DNA of 64,000 nucleotides from a virus: positions 1-64,000 of the IMG/VR virus record IMGVR_UViG_3300036790_000219; one strand, given 5' to 3'. Of this stretch, positions 52,496 to 62,344 are shown in pieces. Every line of letters starts with the position of its first letter. The stretch's first letter is position 1. Made by a program: the position numbers and the translations under genes. The notes beneath the pieces were generated by a model. That model was given only the letters and a program-made list of their open reading frames with translations. It was not told the DNA's origin and searched no databases.

Positions 52496-55400
52496 GAAAG
52501 CTACTCTCTGTAATCTTGGTACTCGCAGCGTTTGTACTGCCGACGTCAGCTTGGGCTGCTGCCACCAAGGTTTCGTTGGTGTGGCAGAGTACTGGTCGTC
52601 TGCCTAGTGCTACAAGTGTTACCGCAACGCCAGCGACCACACAACTACCTACTGGCAACGGTAATGTGGTTTGGGTTTGTAACGTTGGTGTGCAGGATGC
52701 CTATATTGCCGTCGGCGGAAGTTCGATCACGGTGTCTGCTACCACGGGCACGTGGCTGAAAGCTGGAACCTGTGGAACTTACGATTTGCAACCGCTGTCT
52801 GCTAGTCAACCAATTTATGGCTATATTGCAGCTGTAACTGCAACCAGTACAACAAATTTGGAAATTGAAACAGGCCTCGGCACCCCACCAACTTCGAGTG
52901 GTGGGGGCGGCGGTGGCGGTGGCTCGGTTACGCAGGGAACGGTCCCGTGGTCTGACAACGTCACAACCTGGGCCAACGGCACATTAGGGGCCATGGCTGA
53001 TTATGGTACCTCACCGGGCGCGGTTTTGGTACCGGGGGTCAACGCATTTATTACCAACACCCCCTCGGTTGCTCAGTCTGGAGCCTGGACGGTTGGTGGT
53101 ACCGGAAACTTTACGGTCGTTCAGCCGACCGGCACAAATTTACACGTAGTTTGCGACAGTGGCTGTAGTGGTAGTGGTGGTAGCGCCACCTTTGGTTCGA
53201 CCTTCCCGACGACAGGTACTGCCGTTGGCATGTCCCAAGGCGGCAATATGGTCGCTTTCACAGGGACGTCTGACAGTCTCAACACTAATGTTACCAATAC
53301 ATCGCTTACCGTAGCCCAAGCCACGGCTGCGAGCCTCAATGCTACCGTTGTGGGGACCGGTACGTTTGCGGTGCAATTGAGCGGGTCAACAAACAATATC
53401 AACAACATTGGAGGTACGATCTCGTTGCCAACGGGGGCTGCGACGTCGGCCAACCAGTCTACCGAGATTACTTCTCTTGGGACTATCGCTACTAACACCA
53501 GCACGCTCGCGGGAGCAGTTTCTGCATCAGTACTACAAAATAATGTTAAGCAGTGGGACGGAACAGCCCTTGGCGCTCCGTCAAATTATGGCACCGCTCC
53601 GGGGGCTGTGGCAGTTATTGGGGTAAATGCTTTTGTCACCAACACCCCTGCAGTTTCGCAGTCGGGTTCGTGGACGGTAGCGGGAACTGGTAGTTTCACT
53701 GTAGCCCAGGCCACCGGCACAAACTTGCATATGGTGTGTGATAGCGGATGCTCGTCGAGCTCGGCACCGGCTGATGAGTCGGCGTTTACGGCTGGTACTA
53801 CCTCTCAAACTCCTGTCGGTGGCTTCTATCAAACGACGGCAACGAGCAACCCATTGACTACCGGGCAGATGGGCGCTTTCCAAGTCACGGCAAATCGTGC
53901 GTTATTCACAAACTTACGCAACTCTTCGGGTGTTGAGATCGGGACGTCGTCCACTCCTGTGCAAGTCTCCCTCGCAAATACAGCCGCGAATGCGACCGCG
54001 TTGTTAGTTACGGCCAACGCGGGCACCGGGACCTTTGGGATGAACTTATCCCAACTCGATGGTTCCGCGCTTGGGGCACCTTCCAATTATGGGACGTCGC
54101 CGGGTGCGGTCGCGGTTCAGGGTGTTAACGCATACGTTACAAATACTCCTGCAGTGACCCAGTCCGGAACCTGGACTAGTACGGTTACTCAGCCGACGGC
54201 CGCTAATCTTAACGCTACCGTTGTGGGCACTGGAACCTTTGCGGTACAAGATTCGACGACCGAGACTAATACCGGCACGATTGCTGGAGCCGTGACCGCC
54301 TCGGTTTTGCAGGGTAACGTAAAACAGATTAACGGTATCACCACTCTGGCTGGTGCTGGTGCGGTCGGGACCGGATCGCTTCGAGTGGCTGTAGGCCAGG
54401 ATACGGCGACCATCGCCGGTTCGGCACCGGGCACGGCGGGGTCCGCTTCCGCGAACGTCATTACAGTTCAGGGCGTCACCTCGATGACTCCGGTACAGGT
54501 CAGTCAGGCCACCGCTGCGAATCTGAATGCGACGGTAGTTGGTACCGGTACCTTCGCGACGCAGCTGACCGGTTCGACGAACAATATTAATAACATCTCT
54601 GGGACAATAACTCTTCCGACCGGAGCGGCGACCTCAGCGAACCAGACAACTGAGATAACAAGTCTCGGAACTATCGCTGGTGCCGTGTCGTCGTCGGTCG
54701 TTCAGAGCAATGTGAAACAAGTCGCTGGAATCGCTCTCGGTTCACCCTCCAACTATGGCACCGCTCCTGGGGCTGTCGAGGTTCAGGGTGTTAATGCGAA
54801 TGTTACCAACACGGTCGCTATCTCGGCAACTTCGCTGCCGCTGCCGACCGGGGCGGCAACTTCCGCGCTTCAAACCACCATCAACTCGACTCTTGGGTCG
54901 CCATTCCAGGCCGGGGGTTCTATCGGTAACTCTACGTTCGGGGCGACGCTGAATACGACGCCCTCGCTCGCCAATGGCAACGGTGTGGTACCGACGCAAG
55001 GCGGCGCGGTTCTCAGTGCGACTAACGGCTGGTACGGTAATCTGCTACAGGGCAATGCTGTACTTTCCGCCACCAACCCAGTCTTTGCGTCGATCACAGA
55101 CGGCACGAATAAAGCAGCCGTAAAAGCAGCCTCGACAGCGCCCGTTTCAACTGATCCTTCGCTCGTCGTCGGCATCAACCCGAACAGCATCAACGCCAAC
55201 GGTCAGGCGACGATGGCGAACTCGGCACCAGCCGCCATTGCCAGTAATCAGAGCTACGTTGACCCCTGTGCCAGCCCCGGCATTGCCAAGTCGAGCGTTC
55301 AAATAGCCATCAGCTCGGCTACCACAACTCAACTGGTGGCGATTTCAGGGACGACGGCAATCTATGTCTGCCATTTCGACTTTACGCTGAATGATTCGGT

Positions 55401-55629
55401 TACCACGGCTAACACGGTGCAGTTTGAGTATGGGACATCGACCAATTGCACGGGGACCAATAAGTTAACGGGCACTTACGGAACCGGGAGCGTGACTGCC
55501 GGTATCCCGGTTCACATCGCCGCCGGCTACGGCGGGACGCTCTTTACTGCTCCAGCCTCGAACGGGCTTTGTATTTTAAGCGCGGGCTCCCCCGACATTG
55601 AGGGCGTCTTGACCTACGTGCAACAATAG
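52492..55629 (+). CDS. large repeat-rich fibre-like protein with signal peptide
   Basis: MRKLLSVILVLAAFVLPTSAWA-A; four LG.PSNYGT.PGAV.V.GVNA.VTNT-type repeats; NATVVGTGTFA repeats. Confidence 0.8.
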   Translation: MRKLLSVILVLAAFVLPTSAWAAATKVSLVWQSTGRLPSATSVTATPATTQLPTGNGNVVWVCNVGVQDAYIAVGGSSITVSATTGTWLKAGTCGTYDLQPLSASQPIYGYIAAVTATSTTNLEIETGLGTPPTSSGGGGGGGGSVTQGTVPWSDNVTTWANGTLGAMADYGTSPGAVLVPGVNAFITNTPSVAQSGAWTVGGTGNFTVVQPTGTNLHVVCDSGCSGSGGSATFGSTFPTTGTAVGMSQGGNMVAFTGTSDSLNTNVTNTSLTVAQATAASLNATVVGTGTFAVQLSGSTNNINNIGGTISLPTGAATSANQSTEITSLGTIATNTSTLAGAVSASVLQNNVKQWDGTALGAPSNYGTAPGAVAVIGVNAFVTNTPAVSQSGSWTVAGTGSFTVAQATGTNLHMVCDSGCSSSSAPADESAFTAGTTSQTPVGGFYQTTATSNPLTTGQMGAFQVTANRALFTNLRNSSGVEIGTSSTPVQVSLANTAANATALLVTANAGTGTFGMNLSQLDGSALGAPSNYGTSPGAVAVQGVNAYVTNTPAVTQSGTWTSTVTQPTAANLNATVVGTGTFAVQDSTTETNTGTIAGAVTASVLQGNVKQINGITTLAGAGAVGTGSLRVAVGQDTATIAGSAPGTAGSASANVITVQGVTSMTPVQVSQATAANLNATVVGTGTFATQLTGSTNNINNISGTITLPTGAATSANQTTEITSLGTIAGAVSSSVVQSNVKQVAGIALGSPSNYGTAPGAVEVQGVNANVTNTVAISATSLPLPTGAATSALQTTINSTLGSPFQAGGSIGNSTFGATLNTTPSLANGNGVVPTQGGAVLSATNGWYGNLLQGNAVLSATNPVFASITDGTNKAAVKAASTAPVSTDPSLVVGINPNSINANGQATMANSAPAAIASNQSYVDPCASPGIAKSSVQIAISSATTTQLVAISGTTAIYVCHFDFTLNDSVTTANTVQFEYGTSTNCTGTNKLTGTYGTGSVTAGIPVHIAAGYGGTLFTAPASNGLCILSAGSPDIEGVLTYVQQ

Positions 55630-55630
55630 C

Positions 55631-58060
55631 ATGCGTCGCCTGTCCACTGCGCTATTGCTGCTCCTGATCTGGAGCCCGGTCTGGGCGGCTGGGTTGTTGC
55701 AGTTCGGTGCCGCACCCTGGCAAACCTATTACTACGTCAATGCCGCGACCGGCTCCGACAGCAATGCCGGGACCTCGCCCGCACTAGCCTGGGCGACACT
55801 GCATAAGGTCAACAATTCGGTTTTCGCTGCGAACAGTGTCGTGTTTCTGCAAGGCAGTTTCTCCGGCGGCGACAACGGCCTTATCATCACCACGACGGTT
55901 GCGCCGAGCGGCAAGCTGACCATCACGACTTACGGTGCTGGTGCGACGATTAATTCCGGCAACTCGACGGCGTGTGTAACGGCGACAGACGTCCCGAGTT
56001 TCAAGTTCACGGGTGTTGCATGCGTAGGCGGCGGCAACCTAACAAATACGACGGCCGGAATTTCTGTCGTCAATGACCAGTCCGGCAACACATCACTCGC
56101 GGGGCCGACGATCTCCGGCATCACCGTTTCAGGCTACGGCAGCAATTGTATCGAGATTAAAGGCACCAGTGGCACGTCCGGTTTTAACGGCGTCGATATC
56201 ACCAGGACTACCGCGCACGACTGCACCGGGAATGTCTTACCTGAAACAGTCCTGAACGGATCGTCCTGCATCACCGGCTTTTCAGGGCCGGCGAGCGGGA
56301 CGACAAGTGCGTTCTCGAACGTCTCTATTACCTACACCACCGTCTATAATTGCACTGGGATCGCTACCGCTACCGCGACCAACGGCAACGGCGTCACTTT
56401 CTTTCAGGTCAATGGCCTGACGATGAAATACAACGTCGCCCGCGACATCGGGACGGCAGTTACCTCGTGCGGCGGCGCTGGCGCATTCTGGACTCAAGAT
56501 GCCACTAATGCCGACGTCGAATATAACGAAGCCTACCACATCCATCATGGCTCGGGCGGCTGTGACGGCGACGGTTTCGATCTGGACGTCTGTGTCACCA
56601 ATTCGATTGTGGCGCACAATTACGCTCACGACAACGACAGCTACGATTACCTGACCGATCCCGGTTCCGACGGCTTTGGCTGCTCGGCGTGGGGCAACAA
56701 TACGATCGCCTGGAACATCGGCCAGCTCGCTGGCTTGGGCGAACTGGCGCTGGCCATGACCGGCAACGCGACCGGAGCGCTTTACGCGTACAACAATACT
56801 TTCTACTGCGTTGGCTCCGGAACGTGTTTTCTCGAAGCCGATAGCGGCACGCAGAGCGCAACGATTGCCAACAATATTTTCATCGGTCTCGGCGGCGCTG
56901 ACATTCTCAAACTGACAACGACCAGTTCTATCGATTTCTTGGGCAATGACTACGTTACGACCACCGGCGTTCCCAGTTTTAATTGGGGCGGTACGACCTA
57001 CTCCACCTTCGCGGCATGGCAGAGCGCCTCGGGACAGGAAAAAATCAACGGCAGCAATGTCGGGCTGACTGTCAATCCGCAAATCTACGTGCCGGGCGGC
57101 GGCTGGGCCAATGGCGGCTATGTGCCCGCCAATTTGTACGCTTACAATCTGCAGGCCGCGTCGCCGATGATCGGCGCCGGTCAGACCTACGCAACGCTCG
57201 GCATTCCGTCTCCGATCCTGACGGATTACTACGGCGTCGCTGTCAGCGCAGGTAGCCCACCCGTCGGTGCAGCGAATGGAGACTTCGGCACCTTCGTGGC
57301 ATCGTGTACCCCGACGAGCAATTACCTCGCGCGAGTGTCGAGCTTCACCAAGCTTGACGAGGTCAACTACAATTCGCTGCTGTGCGGCGAGAATTCCGAC
57401 GGCGATCTGCCTCTGATTGATGTTGAAAATATCTGGGCGGCACCAAATCACGCTGCGGCACTGCTCAATCTTGTTAGCAACAACCATAATTCCACCGAGA
57501 ACGGCACGGTGACATTCAGCGCGCGCGTGGGCATCACGGGTGACGCATCGACCGGCTATGAGGACCCGGCTTTCACACCATCGACGGCGGCCGGCAACTA
57601 TACTCAAAACATCGCAACTGTTGGCGGGTATCTCACCAATAGCCGAACGACGGTGGAAAACTGGAACATCCTGGGCGCGACTGACACGACCAATACCTAT
57701 GAAACTAACATTTCGCCCTATACTACCGGGCCGGACGTATTTGCCGACGTTAACAGTGAAATCGGAACGGAAGCCGGGAGCACGAACGCACAGGGTCAGT
57801 GGCTCGCGCAGCGGCTCTCTACTACGTCCGAGGCAATCTACAAAAACGGGGCCAGCGTCAAACTTTCAACTACCGATACGACTACCAGTCTGCTGAACAA
57901 CAAGCTGCTAATCGCGGCGGAGACTGCGCCAAATGGCACGGCGGAGAATTTCTCTGGCGATACGTTTGCGGCTAGCGTCATTGGCGGAGCAATTTCACCT
58001 TTGAATGTGTCCAATCGCATCAACTCATTCATGCAAGCCTATGGTATCAATGTGTATTGA
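55631..58060 (+). CDS. pectin-lyase-like beta-helix protein (depolymerase/tailspike-like) with signal peptide
   Basis: YYVNAATGSDSNAGTS; DGDGFDLD; beta-helix periodicity. Confidence 0.8.
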   Translation: MRRLSTALLLLLIWSPVWAAGLLQFGAAPWQTYYYVNAATGSDSNAGTSPALAWATLHKVNNSVFAANSVVFLQGSFSGGDNGLIITTTVAPSGKLTITTYGAGATINSGNSTACVTATDVPSFKFTGVACVGGGNLTNTTAGISVVNDQSGNTSLAGPTISGITVSGYGSNCIEIKGTSGTSGFNGVDITRTTAHDCTGNVLPETVLNGSSCITGFSGPASGTTSAFSNVSITYTTVYNCTGIATATATNGNGVTFFQVNGLTMKYNVARDIGTAVTSCGGAGAFWTQDATNADVEYNEAYHIHHGSGGCDGDGFDLDVCVTNSIVAHNYAHDNDSYDYLTDPGSDGFGCSAWGNNTIAWNIGQLAGLGELALAMTGNATGALYAYNNTFYCVGSGTCFLEADSGTQSATIANNIFIGLGGADILKLTTTSSIDFLGNDYVTTTGVPSFNWGGTTYSTFAAWQSASGQEKINGSNVGLTVNPQIYVPGGGWANGGYVPANLYAYNLQAASPMIGAGQTYATLGIPSPILTDYYGVAVSAGSPPVGAANGDFGTFVASCTPTSNYLARVSSFTKLDEVNYNSLLCGENSDGDLPLIDVENIWAAPNHAAALLNLVSNNHNSTENGTVTFSARVGITGDASTGYEDPAFTPSTAAGNYTQNIATVGGYLTNSRTTVENWNILGATDTTNTYETNISPYTTGPDVFADVNSEIGTEAGSTNAQGQWLAQRLSTTSEAIYKNGASVKLSTTDTTTSLLNNKLLIAAETAPNGTAENFSGDTFAASVIGGAISPLNVSNRINSFMQAYGINVY

Positions 58061-58222
58061 GAGTGGGGGAGATCTCTTCGGCCACGGTCCACAGGCCGAT
58101 GGTCCCGGACAATCCCATCTTGCCAAAGCCCCGCGAATCATGCGCCCTGACCATCCTTGTCCGCGCGCTACAGGAGCCGACATGACACGTCTGGCAGGCA
58201 CCGTGAAATCACCGTTCAATGA

Positions 58223-58456
58223 TTGGAGGACAAAACAGTGAATGATAATGTTACCCATTTGCAGACCACGGTTAAGACTGATATTGAAAAGGCAAGAGAG
58301 TATCGGGAACGTATGCTTGTGCCACTTCAGGAAATCTGCAAGGTTGTTAGCGAGGCCAAGCGCGATGGTATTATTATAAGTTACCAAACAGCTGCTGACG
58401 GTCTTGGCAATCAGTTCATAGCGAACCTTTCTACGCTGAAAGAACTGAAGGATTAG
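58223..58456 (+). CDS. hypothetical protein
   Basis: ORF with RBS. Confidence 0.5.
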   Translation: MEDKTVNDNVTHLQTTVKTDIEKAREYRERMLVPLQEICKVVSEAKRDGIIISYQTAADGLGNQFIANLSTLKELKD

Positions 58457-58459
58457 GCT

Positions 58460-59764
58460 GTGCTCCTCGACGCCGACTTCAAGGAAGGGGAACACCCGCG
58501 CGGCCAGCCGAAGAACTCTGGACAGTTCGCGTCTAAGCCTGGCGGAAAAGGTTCGGAGAAAGGCAGCGGTGAAGGCGGTAAAGAAGCTCAGGCCGGTGAA
58601 CAGGGTGAGAAGAAGTCTGTTGGCAAGGTTGCCCCGCGTGAAAAACAGATAGAGGGTACGGTTGAACTCTCTGCATACTTGCGCAAGATCGCCAATATCA
58701 ACAGGATGCCGAAAGGAATGAAGTCTCAGTCTCAGTTTATTCTAGATAACGGCCAGAACTATGTCGCTAACGCCAAGACGTACGAGGGTCCTAGGGATCC
58801 AATGCATGAGTGTTATAAAAATGCAACCCTCGCTGCTCTAAGCAATAAGGACCGCACTTATGTTGAAGGCTATATGACTGTCCATGGTGTTCCAATTGAA
58901 CACGCTTGGACTGTAGATAAGACTGGCCAGGTTTACGATTCGACCGTTACCCCAGATTTGGGGATATCAGGTTATTTTGGCGTACCGTTCAAAACTGATT
59001 ACGTTCTGGCATCAGGATTGCTGAATAAGGTTTATGGCTTGCTTGGGCACAATAGTCGAAAGACGCTTGATCCCTTATTGAAAGGTCAAGTTAAGGACTT
59101 CCGGGGCGAGGTAGATCCGGATTCGCTCTCGCCTCAGGTGATTGCTGATCGGATAGCATACGCAGACGCCGTGGTGCGGTCTATTCCTCCTACGGATAAG
59201 ATTAATACTCCTGAGCGTAAGCAGATGCGCAAGGAGATTGCGGACAAGCTCTACAACAAGGATATTGACAAGCGCAAGCGTAATCGTGAAGCAACAATTG
59301 TCTTAGGCTTACCCGGTGCTGGTAAAAGCACATTCATGGACCCGTTGCTCAAGGATGGCTACTTGAATATGGGTGGTGATGAAGTCAAATATGAGATACC
59401 AGAATTTGCTGGCGGCGCGGGCGCTTTTGCCGTACACGAGGAAGGTTCTGGGATCATGCGGGATGTTCTGCAGCGTGCCGTTACAAATGGCGACAACCTG
59501 GCTTGGGAACGTGTGGATTCCCCGGATAAGATTGTAAGTGACCTCGAAAGTCTAAAGAAGGCTGGATATAAGGTCAACGTCAAGTTGGTGGATGCTTCGC
59601 CTGAAATCGCGATGAAGTCAGCGGTGAAACGTTTCTTGAAGACGGGGCGCTACGTCTCCCTTGAGAATATAAAAGGTTATGGGGGCGCACCGCGTGATGC
59701 GTACGAAGCGGCCAAGAAGACTGGCTTGCTAGAATCAAGTGAGGAGCTTAAACGTGGATCTTGA
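58460..59764 (+). CDS. head-associated multidomain protein: HPRG motif, Cys/His papain-like domain, zeta-toxin-like P-loop kinase
   Basis: EHPRGQPKNSGQF; CYKNA..EHAW; GLPGAGKST..DEVK..HEEGS. Confidence 0.72.
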   Translation: MLLDADFKEGEHPRGQPKNSGQFASKPGGKGSEKGSGEGGKEAQAGEQGEKKSVGKVAPREKQIEGTVELSAYLRKIANINRMPKGMKSQSQFILDNGQNYVANAKTYEGPRDPMHECYKNATLAALSNKDRTYVEGYMTVHGVPIEHAWTVDKTGQVYDSTVTPDLGISGYFGVPFKTDYVLASGLLNKVYGLLGHNSRKTLDPLLKGQVKDFRGEVDPDSLSPQVIADRIAYADAVVRSIPPTDKINTPERKQMRKEIADKLYNKDIDKRKRNREATIVLGLPGAGKSTFMDPLLKDGYLNMGGDEVKYEIPEFAGGAGAFAVHEEGSGIMRDVLQRAVTNGDNLAWERVDSPDKIVSDLESLKKAGYKVNVKLVDASPEIAMKSAVKRFLKTGRYVSLENIKGYGGAPRDAYEAAKKTGLLESSEELKRGS

Positions 59765-60659
59765 GGCAGTTCTAAAGGAACTCCAGGGCGATCCGAACGC
59801 GGCGGCGAACGCCAAGTTCTATGCTGAGCTTTTGGCTGGCAGCGAAGACGAGGACACGCGCTCTCTGCGCGACTTCGTGGATAAGCTAGCCAAGCAGAAC
59901 GGTGAGAGCGGAGAGGAGGAGGACAAAGGTAAGGAGGAAACGTCTACTGCTAAGGACCGCCGCACAATTACTCTCGACCGCGATGCCCGTGATATTGAGT
60001 ATTATACCACGGAAGAGCTTGGTCCCCAACGGGAACGGACTCCTGAAGGCTTCTTGATTTGTTACGACGTGCCGGTGGCACGTACTGGCGAGATGACTTA
60101 TGGTCCTGGTGAAACCCCCGTTCCTACTGGTCGGGATGGGCGGGTCAAGATCCACCGCCGTGAAGGTGAAGTCTTCGCTGCCAAGAGCATGCGTTCGCTG
60201 AACGGTAAGCCGGTGACGGACGATCATCCGCCTGTGGACGTGGACCCCAAGAACTGGCGGTTCTACACGCGGGGGATGGTTGTTAACCCCCGGCGCGGTG
60301 AGGGGGAACACAAGAGCTTTCTGGTTGCTGACCTAATCATTCTTGATCATGATTTAATTGAGGACATCGAATCGGGCAAGCGCGAGGTGTCCTGTGGTTA
60401 CAACCCAGACTACCTCCAGATGTTAGATGATCGTGGAGAGCCAGTCGCAGGTGAAGGTGAGCAGGTAAACATTATTTACAATCACCTGGCTCTGGTTGAT
60501 CGTGGACGGTGTGGGGCACGGTGCTCCATTGGCGATCGTAAAACAGTTGATGCTCTGGCACAAGAGTTTGTGCGGGCAACGGAATATCGTGCTATCCGTA
60601 AAAAGAAGCACAAAGCAAAAACTCGTCCTCGGGTGGTTATCTTTAACCACACACGCTAG
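59739..60659 (+). CDS. prohead protease (DUF2213-type)
   Basis: TPEGFLIC..PVARTG; GKPVTDDHP; SGKREVSCGY; NHLALVDRGRCG. Confidence 0.88.
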   Translation: MRSLNVDLEAVLKELQGDPNAAANAKFYAELLAGSEDEDTRSLRDFVDKLAKQNGESGEEEDKGKEETSTAKDRRTITLDRDARDIEYYTTEELGPQRERTPEGFLICYDVPVARTGEMTYGPGETPVPTGRDGRVKIHRREGEVFAAKSMRSLNGKPVTDDHPPVDVDPKNWRFYTRGMVVNPRRGEGEHKSFLVADLIILDHDLIEDIESGKREVSCGYNPDYLQMLDDRGEPVAGEGEQVNIIYNHLALVDRGRCGARCSIGDRKTVDALAQEFVRATEYRAIRKKKHKAKTRPRVVIFNHTR

Positions 60660-60770
60660 TTTCTTTCAAAATTCATCTTGGCGCTGGTCGATCCTTGCGG
60701 TCGCTGTGGCCTGCGCTGTTCCATACGCGACCGTAATTGTCGGAACCTCATGGGAAAGGAGAAAGACCCC

Positions 60771-61706
60771 ATGTCTACCAAATCTGTACTTCGTAGGCTT
60801 CAGAAGGCATTCTCGGCGAAGGATGAGCGCGCATTTGATGATGCGATGGAAGAGCTCGAAGAGAAGGAAGACGAAGCCCACGACGAAGAAGACCCGGACA
60901 CCGTCGAAATCCACAATCACATTCCTGGTGAGGATGGTCTCGGCGAAATGCCGCCAAAGGATCCAAAAATGCCCGGTGCACGTGACGACGAAATGCCGGA
61001 GTGGTTCAAGAAGCACCAGCAGGATTGTGTGGACCGCTTCAAGTCCCTCGACGAAGGCGTGGCTGGCCTGAAGAAGTGGGCTGAGGAAGAGGGTAAGGAA
61101 CCTCAACATCAGGACGACGAGGAAGATCCGAACCTCGAAATGGGAATGGAAGATCGTCGGAGCGATGATCGTCGGTCTGACGATCGCCGTCATGGTAAGG
61201 ATGCCAAGGATGACGAAGCCAACAAAGCCATTCTTGGCGAGTTGGAATTCGAATCTCCTCCTGGCACTGGTGATAAGGCGAGCAAGGCACGGGATAGTGA
61301 GTATTTGGAAGAGTCCTTCCAAGACACGATCTCGAAGGCCGAGATCCTTGCACCAGGTATACGCGTGCCAACTTTCGATCGTGCTGTTGACCCCCGTAAG
61401 TCATTCCGCACCATCCATGGTCTGCGTTGTACGGCACTGGATCTGGCCTACACCAAGCCGGAAACCCGTGGCGTTCTTGATGTGGCCCTTGGCGGGCGAG
61501 CACTCGATACCAAGGGTCTTGGTTACGGTGCGGCGCGCGTTCTGTTCAATTCCGCAGCTGCGGTAGTTGCCACAAACAACAACTCTCGTGCCACGGACCG
61601 CAGTACTACAACGACACCAACTGGCGGCACACAGAAGGGTCGGCTGAACTCGATTGCCGACATCAACCAGCGTAACGCAGAACGTTACGGCCGTAAGTCG
61701 GCCTAA
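60771..61706 (+). CDS. scaffolding protein
   Basis: Acidic helical protein; KAEILAPGI; RBS AAGGAG before ATG 60771. Confidence 0.78.
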   Translation: MSTKSVLRRLQKAFSAKDERAFDDAMEELEEKEDEAHDEEDPDTVEIHNHIPGEDGLGEMPPKDPKMPGARDDEMPEWFKKHQQDCVDRFKSLDEGVAGLKKWAEEEGKEPQHQDDEEDPNLEMGMEDRRSDDRRSDDRRHGKDAKDDEANKAILGELEFESPPGTGDKASKARDSEYLEESFQDTISKAEILAPGIRVPTFDRAVDPRKSFRTIHGLRCTALDLAYTKPETRGVLDVALGGRALDTKGLGYGAARVLFNSAAAVVATNNNSRATDRSTTTTPTGGTQKGRLNSIADINQRNAERYGRKSA

Positions 61707-61732
61707 CGCTGCCAGGAAAGGAGAATCATTCC

Positions 61733-62311
61733 ATGAAAGATAACATCCTCGTTCCCGAGCGCAAATTCCGCGTTCTTGGACGGCACCGTACTTGTGATAC
61801 GTCGTACACGTTCCGTATGACGGCAGGTGCGGCAGGCGACATCTCTCGTGCCCACCCGGCGTCTATTCAGCCATGTTTGGGTGATCCTACGAACTTCCCG
61901 ACTGCATATGGTCAACCAGTTGTTGTTGATTCGGTCTCAGAAGGCGTGCGACCGATTGGTGCGGGGGACAGTGCTCTCACCCAGATTTGGGGTGTGACGT
62001 GTCGTCCATACCCAATTCAGCAGTCCACGACTTCCAACAACTACGGTGAGGTCAATTACGGATCGATTGCTCCGCCGTTGTTACAGCCCATCGACGTCAT
62101 GACGGTAGGATACATGATGGTGCCGGTGGTTGGTGCCCCAATAAAGGGCGGTTCCGTGTGGATTTGGTACGCGGCCTCAGGTGGTGGCCACACGCAAGGC
62201 GGTTTCGAAGCTGCCAACACGGGTGGCAGTACACTGGCGCTGAACGGTAACTATGCCTGGAATTCGCCACCCGATACCAACGGTATCGCCGAACTCAAGA
62301 TTGTCGTGTAA
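61733..62311 (+). CDS. capsid cement/decoration protein
   Basis: FRMTAGAAGDISR; position between scaffold and MCP. Confidence 0.75.
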   Translation: MKDNILVPERKFRVLGRHRTCDTSYTFRMTAGAAGDISRAHPASIQPCLGDPTNFPTAYGQPVVVDSVSEGVRPIGAGDSALTQIWGVTCRPYPIQQSTTSNNYGEVNYGSIAPPLLQPIDVMTVGYMMVPVVGAPIKGGSVWIWYAASGGGHTQGGFEAANTGGSTLALNGNYAWNSPPDTNGIAELKIVV

Positions 62312-62344
62312 TCGGCGGCGATCAGGAAAAGGACAAAGCAAACC

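Noticed and set aside
56282-57607. 441-aa minus-strand ORF
   Set aside because: Antisense shadow of the GC-rich beta-helix gene; no motifs.
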